This document shows positions 25,512 through 35,527 of a DNA stretch of 64,000 nucleotides, piece after piece (the stretch's first letter is position 1; each line of letters starts with the position of its first letter). Made by a program: the position numbers and the translations under genes. Under the pieces are notes generated by a model. It did not search any database and was not told where the DNA came from. It saw only the letters and a list, made by a program, of their open reading frames with translations. This DNA is from a bacterium ADurb.Bin243 (lineage in GTDB: Bacteria > Muiribacteriota > UBA9980), in assembly GCA_002069765.1 (NCBI GenBank), contig MWBZ01000015.1, positions 7,579-71,578 of the forward strand. The letters are read 5' to 3'.

Positions 25512-27536
25512 TCAATAACGCTTATCGAACGAGATTTTCCATGATCTTCCGGGCATCGGAAAATCGCGGTCGGCGAATGAAGAACCGAATCGGCGCGCAT
25601 AGCTTTTATTAAAAAGGTTTTCAACGCTCACGCCTATCCGTTCGTCGTTTTTATATTCGAAGATAAAGTTCAGGTCGCTTATCACGTTGGCGGCTATATT
25701 TTTTTCTTTCATTGCCACAACAGGTGCCATTCCGTAATCTGCGTAGTAAAATTTCATTTTCGACGTGAAAGTGTTCAAAAAGCTTATTCCGAGGCGTTTT
25801 GTAAGTTTTCCATAAATATTGGCCGATGCGCGTATGCGCGGAAGCTGGCGCGCATCGCGCTCGACCTGCGAAAATTTCCGGCCGCCCGCAAAATCGTCGT
25901 ATATTTGCTCAATGTTTTTTTGCCTGTAGCGTGCGGTTTCATAATAAAACAGGCCGTAGAGCTTCGGCGAAATTTTTTTCTCCACTGACAGAGAAATTCC
26001 GCGTCCGTGAAAGGAATTGATATTTTGAGGAGTCCAGCGGAATCCGGAAGGATCTGACGTGTCCGCAAACCACTCGATCATATCGGATGTATTTTTATGG
26101 AAAATGCGTATTGCGCTTTTTACTCCGCGATGCGCTCTTTCTAACGCTATCGAATTAAATATGCCGCTTTCAGGTTTTAGCAGAGGGTTTCCCGCCCCTG
26201 GATAAAAAAGATCATTAAGTGTCGGAGCGCGATATCCGGCGGCGTGAAATATTTTCAACGTTTTTCCGCGGCCGAGTTCGCGGATCGAGCCCGCCGAATA
26301 TGAGTTAGCCGGCTTAAAATAATCGGGCCTGTCATGATTGAAAGAAAATTCGAACGAAGTCTTTCCCGCGTTCGTATGCCATGAAGTCCATAAGCCGTTA
26401 TTTGCTGCCGACAGCGAATTTTCCACGCATGAAATGTAAGTCCGCGCGCCCGTGTCAAAAGCGCTTTCCCTGGAAGCGAGAGTATTTTTTATCCGGTTGG
26501 CTCCGGCTTTAAAATAATTGCGTCCGGCCGCGGATGAATAGCTGACATAACTTCCGCGGCTGAGCGTTTTCACGTTCGAGGAGCTTGTTATCAACGCCGC
26601 GGAAAGCCAATCGTTATATCGCGTATCGAAATAAGCGTTCTGCGCGTCGTTAAAAAGCTTGACCGCTATTTCCCGATTCGCTCCCACAGAGTATTTCAAA
26701 TCGAGATTAGAAAAGCAAAGCGAATCCGCCTGACGGTCGAATATAGAATAAGATCTTGAATCGCCGAATTGCGGAGTATAACCTTCGGCGGGCATCACGC
26801 CTGGCACCCCGTTACGAGAATTAGAATAAAAAAAAGAAAAATAGCCTTCAAGCGACGGCCCGGTCCGAAAATTAAAATCATATCCGGCATAATCCGCTCC
26901 AAAATCGGAATTAGGCCTTTCGCCGCCGTAGATATGCCTTTTAAGAAACAATCCATGGCGGCAGCCGTTTCTGCCCCGGAAAAAATTTGATTTCAGCGAC
27001 TGTTCAAAATTACCTAAACTGGAAAAAACGGTCCTTGAAAATGAAGAACTTTCTTTTAGCTCGGCGCCGCGGCTCAAATTAACCGCACCCGAAAGTCCGT
27101 TGATTCCATAGCGTGAAGACACCGGGCCGTAAAAAGCTTCGATTCCGCCGAAGGCCTCTCGCGGCAATAAGCTTAAGTTAAAACTTCCAAGCCCCGGGGA
27201 ATTGAGCGGCCGGCCGTCCATAAGTATAAGCGTCTGAGAGGCGCTTCCTCCAAATACCGCGGGCGCCGACAGTGCGCCGGGGCCGCCGGCCGAAGGAGAA
27301 AAAACGAACGGCAGGCCGCTTGCGATTTCCGCCAGCGAATAATTTCCGGTTTCAGGAGTTTCTTCGAGAGACTTTTGAACTGAAGCCTGCGAAGATTTAA
27401 AATATTCGCAGCGGTCTCTGACGGCGGATACGTTTATCGGCGAAAGCTCGAAAATATTGCCTGCGGCGAAAGCTGAGCAGGTCAAAAAAAAGTAATTTAC
27501 AAACAAAATAAGCGATATAAAATATATTCTCATCAT
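25512..27536 (-). CDS. TonB-dependent outer-membrane receptor (BtuB-like size)
   Basis: Signal peptide, plug-domain motif LILMDGRPLNSPG, beta-barrel-like repeats, C-terminal aromatic residue. A cobalamin riboswitch lies in its leader. Confidence 0.75.
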   Translation of the reverse strand: MMRIYFISLILFVNYFFLTCSAFAAGNIFELSPINVSAVRDRCEYFKSSQASVQKSLEETPETGNYSLAEIASGLPFVFSPSAGGPGALSAPAVFGGSASQTLILMDGRPLNSPGLGSFNLSLLPREAFGGIEAFYGPVSSRYGINGLSGAVNLSRGAELKESSSFSRTVFSSLGNFEQSLKSNFFRGRNGCRHGLFLKRHIYGGERPNSDFGADYAGYDFNFRTGPSLEGYFSFFYSNSRNGVPGVMPAEGYTPQFGDSRSYSIFDRQADSLCFSNLDLKYSVGANREIAVKLFNDAQNAYFDTRYNDWLSAALITSSSNVKTLSRGSYVSYSSAAGRNYFKAGANRIKNTLASRESAFDTGARTYISCVENSLSAANNGLWTSWHTNAGKTSFEFSFNHDRPDYFKPANSYSAGSIRELGRGKTLKIFHAAGYRAPTLNDLFYPGAGNPLLKPESGIFNSIALERAHRGVKSAIRIFHKNTSDMIEWFADTSDPSGFRWTPQNINSFHGRGISLSVEKKISPKLYGLFYYETARYRQKNIEQIYDDFAGGRKFSQVERDARQLPRIRASANIYGKLTKRLGISFLNTFTSKMKFYYADYGMAPVVAMKEKNIAANVISDLNFIFEYKNDERIGVSVENLFNKSYARRFGSSFADRDFPMPGRSWKISFDKRY

Positions 27537-27829
27537 TATTCCTCTTAAAACTCCTCCGAATGTAGTCTTTTGTTAAAAGCTAATATTAAAAATACCGTTA
27601 AAAATATCCGCGATAAATTTGATATCTTTACCGTAGATATAATTAAAAGCTTCAATCACGGACTTTTTGGCGTATCAACGCTAAAAAGCCCCAATTTCAG
27701 GACCGCGTTAAAATTCACAAAAATATTTAACCGGCCGTTGAATTTATTAAATTTTGTTATGGAATGCCGACGCGTTTAAATGCGCCGTTTAAAAAGAATG
27801 GCCCTCATCTTTTACTCCCCTTTCCCTCT

Positions 27830-28000
27830 GAAAGCGTATTTTGAAGACGGCAGGCCAGGTATTCGGACTCGAAGGTCATTCTCGCCGCGCTCCTTCTCCG
27901 CGAAATTGTTCGCGAATGGATTGCGCGCGGTTCGTCGCTTCTTACCGCAGCAGGGGCTGTGGCGGCTTTTCACCGCCTTCCCGTGATCCTTGCCGTAAAG
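27830..28000 (-). promoter_or_regulatory. Cobalamin (B12) riboswitch in the leader of the TonB-dependent receptor gene
   Basis: Minus-strand RNA reads GGGAAGGCGGUGAAAAGCCGCCACAGCCCCUGCUGCGGUAAG ... CGAAUACCUGGCCUGCCG. This parallels the E. coli btuB leader elements as I recall them (GGGAAUCCAGUGCGAAUCUGGAGCUGACGCGCAGCGGUAAGG and CGAAGACCUGCC, quoted from memory). The B12-box-like GCCACAG is present. Confidence 0.7.
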
Positions 28001-28159
28001 TTATTTACTTGTTAACGCAAAGAAAATAGCATAAAAAAAAATTAATGTCAAGAAAAACAATCCTGGAAACGAAATTTGGCGTACGATGATTTTTGATGTT
28101 TTTTTTCGTTATTTATGATAAAATATGAAATGATTTAAAAATGAAAAGGATGAAATACG

Positions 28160-29392
28160 ATGATAAAAAAATATATTATTGCGGCGGCGGTTTTTGCGAT
28201 AATTTTAATTTACGGATTTTCGGCGGGCCTATGCTTCGCGGCGGCCGACGGCCCAATAAAAGCCTTCAAAAAATGGACTTTCATGGTTTATATGTGCGCC
28301 GATAACGATCTCGACGCGCGCGGCCCTGAAGACATAGCAGAGCTCGAACAAGCCGGCTCATCGGAAAACGTCAACATACTCGTTCAGCTCGACCGGGCCA
28401 ACGGTCCCGCCCGCAGATATTACATCACAAAACGTTCTTCTGAAAGCGCTTCAGACGATTGGGGCTCGGCTTCAAAAAAAGAAAAAGATCTCGGCGAAGT
28501 GGACATGGGCGATTATAAGCAGCTCGTGGATTTTTTTAAATGGTCGGCCGAAAATTATCCGGCCGAAAGGTATGCGCTCGTTATATGGAATCACGGCTCG
28601 GGCTGGAAGTCGCCGGCTCGCGCCGCAGGCGCGACTGACGCTCAAAAAAGAGGTATAGCATTCGATTTTGATTCTAAAAACAGCATATCCACGCCGGATC
28701 TCGGCAAGGCGATGCGCGCCGCGAGCGCCGTCATATCGAAAAAAGTGGACATACTCGTTATGGACGCATGTTTAATGCAGATGCTCGAGATAGCCTATGA
28801 GGTAAAAGACGGCGCAAGCTTTATTTGCGCGTCCGAAGACATCGAGCCGGACAGCGGAATGCCGTATCTTCCGGTATGCGAAGCTATAAACGCGAATCCG
28901 AAAATATCCGCCAGGGCGCTTTGCGTTTTGACGGCGGGGGCGTTCGCCGATAAATTCAATAAAACCGGGACTCCATATACTTATTCAGCCGTGGACTGCT
29001 CGCGCGTAGAAGAGCTTAAAACAGCGCTGGACGGCTTCTGCTCGTTCGCGATATCAGAAAAAGAAGCGCTCGCCTCGCATTTAAAAGCGAGTTCCTCCGC
29101 CGCGCAGCGTTTTACATATAGAGATTACGCGGACCTGGGCGACTTTATAACGAGAGTATCGCAGGCGGGCGGCGAAACGCTCCAGTTGAAGTGTTCGCAA
29201 GTGAAAGCGGCTTATATAAAATGCGTCGTTTCAAATAAAACGCAGGGCGAAGCCTTGAATAATTCCACCGGCATATCGGTTTATCTTCCGCTGACGCATA
29301 TTAAACAAGCATATGCGACGTTGCAGTTCGCGAAGCTGTCTTTATGGGACGAAATGCTCCGCGAGGCCCTGGGCGTGAAAGAAGGCTGGTAA
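28160..29392 (+). CDS. Clostripain-like cysteine peptidase (family C11), secreted
   Basis: Signal peptide. Catalytic His motif VIWNHGSGW and catalytic Cys motif LVMDACLMQ. An extended -10 element (TGATAAAAT) lies upstream. Confidence 0.75.
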   Translation: MIKKYIIAAAVFAIILIYGFSAGLCFAAADGPIKAFKKWTFMVYMCADNDLDARGPEDIAELEQAGSSENVNILVQLDRANGPARRYYITKRSSESASDDWGSASKKEKDLGEVDMGDYKQLVDFFKWSAENYPAERYALVIWNHGSGWKSPARAAGATDAQKRGIAFDFDSKNSISTPDLGKAMRAASAVISKKVDILVMDACLMQMLEIAYEVKDGASFICASEDIEPDSGMPYLPVCEAINANPKISARALCVLTAGAFADKFNKTGTPYTYSAVDCSRVEELKTALDGFCSFAISEKEALASHLKASSSAAQRFTYRDYADLGDFITRVSQAGGETLQLKCSQVKAAYIKCVVSNKTQGEALNNSTGISVYLPLTHIKQAYATLQFAKLSLWDEMLREALGVKEGW

Positions 29393-29417
29393 AGCTCGCT
29401 GCCGGCCGTTTTTAAAA

Positions 29418-29924
29418 TTAATATTTATTTTTTCTCGGAAATGAAATCCTTTCGATTTCTTCAGGCTTTGTTCCTTTGAGTCCGCCCATCGTTTTGGAAG
29501 ATGAGTTTCTATCGAAAGCTTTTTCGGTTTCGGAATCGGCGTTAGCGGCTTCTTTAACTCCGGCAGCCGATTCGGCGACTTCTTTGAGCATAGACTGAGG
29601 AATGCGTTCTCTGTAAGCGTTTATTTCGTTTATCATCTCCGCGAAAGGCATGTCTTTGGCTTTTTCTATAAAACTTTTTTCAGGCATCATAATCAAAAGC
29701 CCTTCTTTTAGATCGTAAGGATTTTGAATGGCGTTCACTCTCTGCACGATTAAAAGTTCCTTGATATCGGTTACCGAAACTACGTCGCCGAGGCGCATCC
29801 CTTTTTTAGCCACCTTGACGAGCGTGCATCTGGCGGGCGCCGCGTGTGAAAACGTCGCCAAAGCCATAAAGGCTATAAATACAGCCAGAAAAAACGATGA
29901 AAAAATCTTTAATTTAAAGTTCAT
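29418..29924 (-). CDS. Small secreted protein, possibly SAF-domain (CpaB/FlgA-like)
   Basis: Signal peptide. CTLVKVAKKGMRLGDVVSVTDIKELLIV resembles SAF-domain pilus/flagellar assembly factors. It is the last gene of the pilin-like cluster. Confidence 0.4.
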   Translation of the reverse strand: MNFKLKIFSSFFLAVFIAFMALATFSHAAPARCTLVKVAKKGMRLGDVVSVTDIKELLIVQRVNAIQNPYDLKEGLLIMMPEKSFIEKAKDMPFAEMINEINAYRERIPQSMLKEVAESAAGVKEAANADSETEKAFDRNSSSKTMGGLKGTKPEEIERISFPRKNKY

Positions 29925-30002
29925 GACAGGCCTCCATATTATAAAATTTAAGCGCCGTGCTGTTTTTACCGTAAAGCGGCTTATCGTGCCGCACAGAAGA
30001 GG

Positions 30003-30584
30003 TTAATAAGGGTTGGGAACCCAGTTTTTATTAACCGCCTGAACGTCTTTTGGAAATATGGCGTTTCTAAGTTCTACCGTTTGTTTATTTTCCGTTTCGA
30101 CCTTTATGGAAGTATCGATATATGAAACTTTATCTATTTTCATAAGCTTCGCGCTGAATTTTTTTATCTTGCCCGGAGCGAAAATTTTATCGGGCTCGCC
30201 CTCTTCGCTTCTGGTGAGCGACTCTGCGGAAGAATCGTGCCTGTAGGAAATTTTGACGAGTTTTTCCTGGCCGTCCTGGTCGTAGCCGAGGCTGGCGAAT
30301 TCCATAAACCCTTCGCCCCCCTTGAAAATCGCTTCTCCGTCAACCTCGTGGCCCTGTATATTGGTTTTTTTGAAATATGCGCCTTTTATGTCCTGCTTTA
30401 TATATTCCATGGTAATGGCCGCGTCCTGAAGGTTGCCGAGTTTATTCTTGCCGGCCACCACTCCGCGGTAACTGCTGAAAAACAAATTATAAAGAGCGAA
30501 AAGCAATATCACCGAAATGACCATGACGACCATTATCTCGGTTAAAGAAAAGGCTTTGCGGCCGTTTAACGAATTATTACGCAT
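30003..30584 (-). CDS. Prepilin-type N-terminal domain protein (pseudopilin/minor pilin-like)
   Basis: N-terminus RKA|FSLTEIMVVMVISVILLFAL has F+1 and E+5 followed by a hydrophobic helix. Position -1 is Ala rather than Gly. Confidence 0.65.
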   Translation of the reverse strand: MRNNSLNGRKAFSLTEIMVVMVISVILLFALYNLFFSSYRGVVAGKNKLGNLQDAAITMEYIKQDIKGAYFKKTNIQGHEVDGEAIFKGGEGFMEFASLGYDQDGQEKLVKISYRHDSSAESLTRSEEGEPDKIFAPGKIKKFSAKLMKIDKVSYIDTSIKVETENKQTVELRNAIFPKDVQAVNKNWVPNPY

Positions 30585-30600
30585 ATATTCCGCCCTGCTT

Positions 30601-31062
30601 TCATTTGCTGAATTTTTCGACCATGAGCGTCGCGATTAAATTGACCTTTGAATTGATATTCTTATCGAAGCTGACATTCACTTTTATCAACTTATAATTT
30701 ATTTTCTGATCGCTGCCCGCTACCAGCGGCTTGTTTTTAAATTCAATGATCTCTATTTCCCTTTTAAACGGCTCGCGCAGAGGCGGCAGGTCTTTGAATT
30801 TTTCGGATGAAACGAAAGTTTCGACTCCGTTGAAAGAATTATCCACGTCGGAATAAGGAAGAGATTTCATGTAATCTATAACGTCTTTAGCGAAGTTGGC
30901 CGCGATAACTTTATTGACTATATCGGTCGTTCCGCGGTGCTGCTCGGAAAGCGAATAAAGCAGATTGATGGCTATAACCGAAAGTATTGCTATGGCCGCG
31001 AGTATTTCCAGAAGGGTGAACGCCCGCGAGCCGCGAACGGGTGATTTTTTATTATTATTCAC
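30601..31062 (-). CDS. Prepilin-type N-terminal domain protein (pseudopilin/minor pilin-like)
   Basis: N-terminus SRA|FTLLEILAAIAILSVIAINLL has F+1, E+5 and a hydrophobic helix, again with Ala at -1. Confidence 0.65.
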   Translation of the reverse strand: MNNNKKSPVRGSRAFTLLEILAAIAILSVIAINLLYSLSEQHRGTTDIVNKVIAANFAKDVIDYMKSLPYSDVDNSFNGVETFVSSEKFKDLPPLREPFKREIEIIEFKNKPLVAGSDQKINYKLIKVNVSFDKNINSKVNLIATLMVEKFSK

Positions 31063-33070
31063 CTTTTATCACCACTTTCCAGCGCCTGACGTCGGGCTGT
31101 ATGGACGCATAATAAAAATGAGGCTGCGCGTTCGAAAGAGTCTGAACGGGGCGGAAATTTATCTTGCCGCCGCACGCGAGAAGCGAATCGAAATCCATGG
31201 AGTTAACGGCGAGAGTGCCCGACAGGTTAACGGCCTTCGCCGGTTTATACTTAAGGCCGTCTTTCATGGCTATTAAAACGGCCTCGACCTTTGACGCTGA
31301 AACCGTTATATCGCCGTCCATGGCTATTATCGTAAGCACCTGGTTCTGAAGCGGATCGGCTTCTATATCGCCCGTTATGGATATATCGCCTTTTTCGCAT
31401 ATTATCATTCCGCCTTTTTCGATATACATTTTAGGCAGCTTGACCGCGTTTTCAAATTGCACAGCCAGACCGAGGCGGAGGGCGTCGGGATTGGAGCCGT
31501 TCATAAAAAGCTTTTTAAATTCGGCGAAATCCTGGTCTCCGTTAAATTTATACGAAGCGTAAGGCAGTGCGTATTTTTCATCGACAACGAGCTTGCGAAG
31601 GTCGTCGCCGCAGTATTCTTCGTCGACCGGCTTGACGGGCTTGCCGCCGAAGCTGTTGGTGCCTCCGGGATATAGCTTGGCAGCGAATTCGGGTATTCTG
31701 TTAGGATCGCAAGCGAGCGAATTTTTATCTTTTATGGGGGTGCACATGCTGTAGTTATATGGTTCGTAATCGATGAACTGGTTCATGAATTCTGCGTAAG
31801 CCTGGTATAGATCGGAACCGCCGAGCGTTTCGGGCAGTATCTTCTTTGCGATCCATTCGCAAGAATGCACCTGGATAGGCTCTTCGCCTTTTTCAGCGAT
31901 GGGTTTTACGCCGGTAGTCTGAAATTCGCCGGGTTCGGCGTTTGGCATATCGCCCATAAAATCGTCGCCGTTGGTGGGGGTGTCCTGATAGGCGGCGAGC
32001 CTCAGATAAGAGCGGTTGACGTTGCCAAGAACGCGCGTGGGAGTAGGCTCGGCCGGCGTGCCGTAAAGCTTGAGCATGCTGGAAAGCACGTCTTTCTGGG
32101 AGCGTATCCCGAAAATTTTGGCGCCCGCCATACCGGAGCTGACTCCGTATTCGTAATGGCCGACCTGAAAACCGTTGCCGCCGTATTTTTTCTTGAATTC
32201 CTGATCGAGGTAGAATTTATCGAGCAAATGGAAAAGTTCTCCAGTTCCGGTTTTGGCGCTGCCGTGGCTCAATTTGAGCACTAGCGGCTCGGACGCCGGA
32301 TTATTGCCGAGAAATACCACGCCGCAATCGAGCGGGCTGGCGGAAGAATTGGAATTATATTCGCCGTTATTGAGAACGAGAGGCTTGCCGCTGACGGGAT
32401 TGCCGTTATCGTCGACGAGAAGTTTATTTAAATCGGTCCCCTGCGGTATGTTTTTGACGAAAAAAGTGAAGTGTCGCAGGGCTTTGGGCAGCGTATGGAC
32501 TATTTTAATCTGTTTAGCGATATTAAGCGACTTGGTGATCTCATAATATTCCACCTGGACGGCGTAATTGATAATCCCGAATTTTTCGCGGGTGTTTGCG
32601 ACAAAATTAGGCGTCATTCCACAAATATCGGAAAAATATTTAACGTTTTTCTCGTCGATATAAACTTCCACTTTTTTTATGCGCGCCACTCTGCTGCCGC
32701 CGAAAATATCGATCAACCCTTTTATAGGGTCTGAATTAGCGATCAGGTCGGTAAGCTTGGCGGAATCGAAATTAACGGTGGCGAACTCGCCTTTTGGTTT
32801 GATCAAATCTTCGTAATTAAAAAAAGTATTTTTTCGCTCATAGCCGGTTTTGGCGAATTCGTCTTCGACTACGCGCTGAAGAAGGTCCATGGCGGCTTCC
32901 GCTATTATAAGGGCGTTGTCGCCGTAGATGATTCGGTACATATGAAGCCGCTCCGTTCGAAGCATGCTGTTATAAGAGGTGAGCAGTATCACCAGTATGC
33001 CAAGAACGGCTATGACTACGAAAAAAGTCATGCCTTTCCTTGCGGCCGGTTCATTTTTCATATATATCAC
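31055..33070 (-). CDS. Large membrane-anchored protein of the pilin-like cluster (GspK/PilY1-like role speculated)
   Basis: N-terminal anchor KGMTFFVVIAVLGILVILL has no Glu at +5 (GspK-like). 671 aa with no other recognisable motif. Overlaps the next gene by 8 nt. Confidence 0.45.
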   Translation of the reverse strand: MIYMKNEPAARKGMTFFVVIAVLGILVILLTSYNSMLRTERLHMYRIIYGDNALIIAEAAMDLLQRVVEDEFAKTGYERKNTFFNYEDLIKPKGEFATVNFDSAKLTDLIANSDPIKGLIDIFGGSRVARIKKVEVYIDEKNVKYFSDICGMTPNFVANTREKFGIINYAVQVEYYEITKSLNIAKQIKIVHTLPKALRHFTFFVKNIPQGTDLNKLLVDDNGNPVSGKPLVLNNGEYNSNSSASPLDCGVVFLGNNPASEPLVLKLSHGSAKTGTGELFHLLDKFYLDQEFKKKYGGNGFQVGHYEYGVSSGMAGAKIFGIRSQKDVLSSMLKLYGTPAEPTPTRVLGNVNRSYLRLAAYQDTPTNGDDFMGDMPNAEPGEFQTTGVKPIAEKGEEPIQVHSCEWIAKKILPETLGGSDLYQAYAEFMNQFIDYEPYNYSMCTPIKDKNSLACDPNRIPEFAAKLYPGGTNSFGGKPVKPVDEEYCGDDLRKLVVDEKYALPYASYKFNGDQDFAEFKKLFMNGSNPDALRLGLAVQFENAVKLPKMYIEKGGMIICEKGDISITGDIEADPLQNQVLTIIAMDGDITVSASKVEAVLIAMKDGLKYKPAKAVNLSGTLAVNSMDFDSLLACGGKINFRPVQTLSNAQPHFYYASIQPDVRRWKVVIKGE

Positions 33071-33139
33071 ATCTATTCATAAGCTCTGCCGCCGCATGCG
33101 GAGGCGTTTTAATGCGCGCCTCCGCGCGGCTTTTTAGAA

Positions 33140-34165
33140 TTATTTAACCTCGTACGATATCACGTCAAATGAAGCGTCGGAATCGAAGTAGCCGAGGACC
33201 GTATTATCTTTAACCAGTATTTCGGGATTTTTGAGTGTAAGCTCGCGCTCGTCGATTGTAAGATAAGGCATTTTGACGCTCTTTTCGGCGGCGGCGCCTT
33301 TGAATTTAACCGCGGCGTTATTGACCATGCCGCCGTTTTTATCTATGACGGTCATTTTCATGTAGGCGGCTCCGGCGTTATCGAAACCTATAAGACGCGC
33401 TTCGACGAGCTTATTTTCTTTAGCGGAGTCTATTTCGTATTTTAAAACGGTTTCTTTACCGGTTTCGAGGTCCACGAGTTTGGCCGAATCTCCGTCGATT
33501 CTTGCGGCAAAGGGTTTTCCGGAATTATCGAGCGCGTAGGAAGTAGCGTCTTCGAACTTGAATTCGCTTTCTTTCAGGATTTTGCCTTCGGGCGAAAAAA
33601 CTATGGCGTTGGGGTTCTGGGCGTCTATTACCACCAGATTGGACGAAGGATCGCAGAATATGGCCGCGATTCTTTTAGCCACGTGCCTGTCTTCGATCTG
33701 CCCGATAACCGCGAGCGGCTTGCCGGACTGATCGAACCTGTAAACGTAATTTTCGGCCGAATTTACAAGATATATGTCTCCGCTCTTTGCCACGGCGATA
33801 TCTGAAACGAAGCCGTTTTTAATGCCGGACATTTTGTAATCGAAAACGGCCGAAGTTTTTTTATTGGCGGCGTCGTATTTTACCACGCGAAAATTAACGC
33901 AATCGGCGAAATATAAATTACCCGCGCCGTCCGCGCAGAAAGCCGAAGGGCCCATTAAAAGGGTTTCGGCCGTTTTGTCTTCTATAACGCGGCCGAGCTG
34001 GTCCGCGCCGGAGCCACGTTTAACGGACGCGTAAACGGTTCCTTTATCGGCGTTTTTATTGAACTCCGCAAAAGGCGAAGCCTCCTGGGCGAAAGCGGCC
34101 TGAAGCCAGAAGCATGTCACAATCATCGAAGCGACGATAAAAATCGAACAAATTTTATTTTTCAT
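33140..34165 (-). CDS. Secreted NHL-repeat / beta-propeller protein
   Basis: Signal peptide. Repeated blades of the type GDIYLVNSAENYVYRFD and NLYFADCVNFRVVKYD. Confidence 0.55.
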   Translation of the reverse strand: MKNKICSIFIVASMIVTCFWLQAAFAQEASPFAEFNKNADKGTVYASVKRGSGADQLGRVIEDKTAETLLMGPSAFCADGAGNLYFADCVNFRVVKYDAANKKTSAVFDYKMSGIKNGFVSDIAVAKSGDIYLVNSAENYVYRFDQSGKPLAVIGQIEDRHVAKRIAAIFCDPSSNLVVIDAQNPNAIVFSPEGKILKESEFKFEDATSYALDNSGKPFAARIDGDSAKLVDLETGKETVLKYEIDSAKENKLVEARLIGFDNAGAAYMKMTVIDKNGGMVNNAAVKFKGAAAEKSVKMPYLTIDERELTLKNPEILVKDNTVLGYFDSDASFDVISYEVK

Positions 34166-34254
34166 AAATTAGTCCCGCCTTTTTCTTTAATATTATGAAG
34201 TGAGTGTAATAATTATATAGCGTTTTTTTACCACAAACAATTTTTTGCGGCCAT

Positions 34255-35439
34255 TTATTTGGCGAGGGCGCCGAAATACCTTCTCGGGTTAACCGCTTCG
34301 CCCCACTGGTTGCCGAGCCGCACTTCAAAGTGCAGGTGAGGGCCGGTGCCGATTCCGGTATTTCCGGTCGTCATTCCGGGCACTACCTGGCCTTTTTGAA
34401 CGCTCGTTCCTACTTTGGCGGTGGTAGTGAGATGAGCGTATCTGGTATAATATTTTTTGCCGCCTACGACGTGTTCTATGACGTTGGTGTTGCCGTAGCC
34501 GCTCACCCAGCCGGCAAAAACGACCTTGCCGGCGCCTATGGCTTTTGGTTTGGTGCCGCGCGGGCAGCCGAAATCTATGCCTTTATGCATTTTACGCCCG
34601 CCGGTGACGGGATGGTTTCTCATGCCGAATTCGCTTGTCACGCGATGCTCGACCGGTTTAATGCCGCCGAAACCGCTTCCGCCCGCCGCGCCGTCTTCGG
34701 AAGACGAGCCGGCGTTTTCCGGCGTAACCGTTTCGGATTTATCCACGGCGTCTTTATAAGAAACGCATTTAGTGGCGTCTGGAGCGGCTTTAAGCCTTTC
34801 AGCCGATTCTTTGAAAAGTTTATTGGCGTCGGTGAGCATTTTCGTTTTTTCTTCGCCTTTAGCCACGTAGCTGAGCTCTTCGAAGCATCTTGCGAGAAAA
34901 TATAAAAACTTTCCATCCTGGCGGCTCGACGAAAACACCAATTTACCATATAAATCGGCCGCTTTCTCGAGGTCTTCGCGGTTTTTATTTTTCATGCCTT
35001 CCGTAAGGAAATTCCATGCGGTCATTTTATCGGCCTGTACCGATGTGGAATTCACCTGCGGGACGCCGCCCGAATCGGAAGCCTGTCCGCCGGCGTTAGC
35101 GGAAAAATCGGGGGCGTTTTCGCTGTTTACCTGCCGCACGTTGCCGTCTTCGGGTTTTTTACCTTTGAATTTGTCAAAAGGGCTTCCCACGCCGTTGTTT
35201 ATAGTAGCCGACGAAGTGTCGCCGATATTTTCGATTTCCTGAGCTTTAAAATTGCTTGAAGTGTTAGCGGTTTTACTGTCGTCGACCATGTCGGAAGTGA
35301 CGTCGAGAAATTCCGTGGAGCCGCCCGATGCGTTTTCATCGGCGCCGCCGTCCTGGGCGTAAGAGCTTTGCTGAAAAGATGGAGAGAAAATCAAAGCGCC
35401 CGCGAGTAAAATCGCGACGCCGCCTTTTTTAAAATCCAT
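34255..35439 (-). CDS. M23 family metallopeptidase with a long low-complexity N-terminal region
   Basis: C-terminal HKGIDFG (HxxxD) and GPHLHFEVR (HxH) motifs. Signal peptide. Confidence 0.85.
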   Translation of the reverse strand: MDFKKGGVAILLAGALIFSPSFQQSSYAQDGGADENASGGSTEFLDVTSDMVDDSKTANTSSNFKAQEIENIGDTSSATINNGVGSPFDKFKGKKPEDGNVRQVNSENAPDFSANAGGQASDSGGVPQVNSTSVQADKMTAWNFLTEGMKNKNREDLEKAADLYGKLVFSSSRQDGKFLYFLARCFEELSYVAKGEEKTKMLTDANKLFKESAERLKAAPDATKCVSYKDAVDKSETVTPENAGSSSEDGAAGGSGFGGIKPVEHRVTSEFGMRNHPVTGGRKMHKGIDFGCPRGTKPKAIGAGKVVFAGWVSGYGNTNVIEHVVGGKKYYTRYAHLTTTAKVGTSVQKGQVVPGMTTGNTGIGTGPHLHFEVRLGNQWGEAVNPRRYFGALAK

Positions 35440-35527
35440 AACCCTTCCTCCTCTGATTAATCAAGATATAATATTTTACTTAGATTTTAGCAAATTGTTC
35501 CATGATATTTATAGTAAAAAAGCGACG

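Noticed and set aside
27780-28029. Two plus-strand ORFs (68 and 62 aa) in the receptor/peptidase intergenic region
   Set aside because: They overlap the minus-strand cobalamin riboswitch and have no RBS or sensible composition. Treated as artefacts of the structured RNA region.
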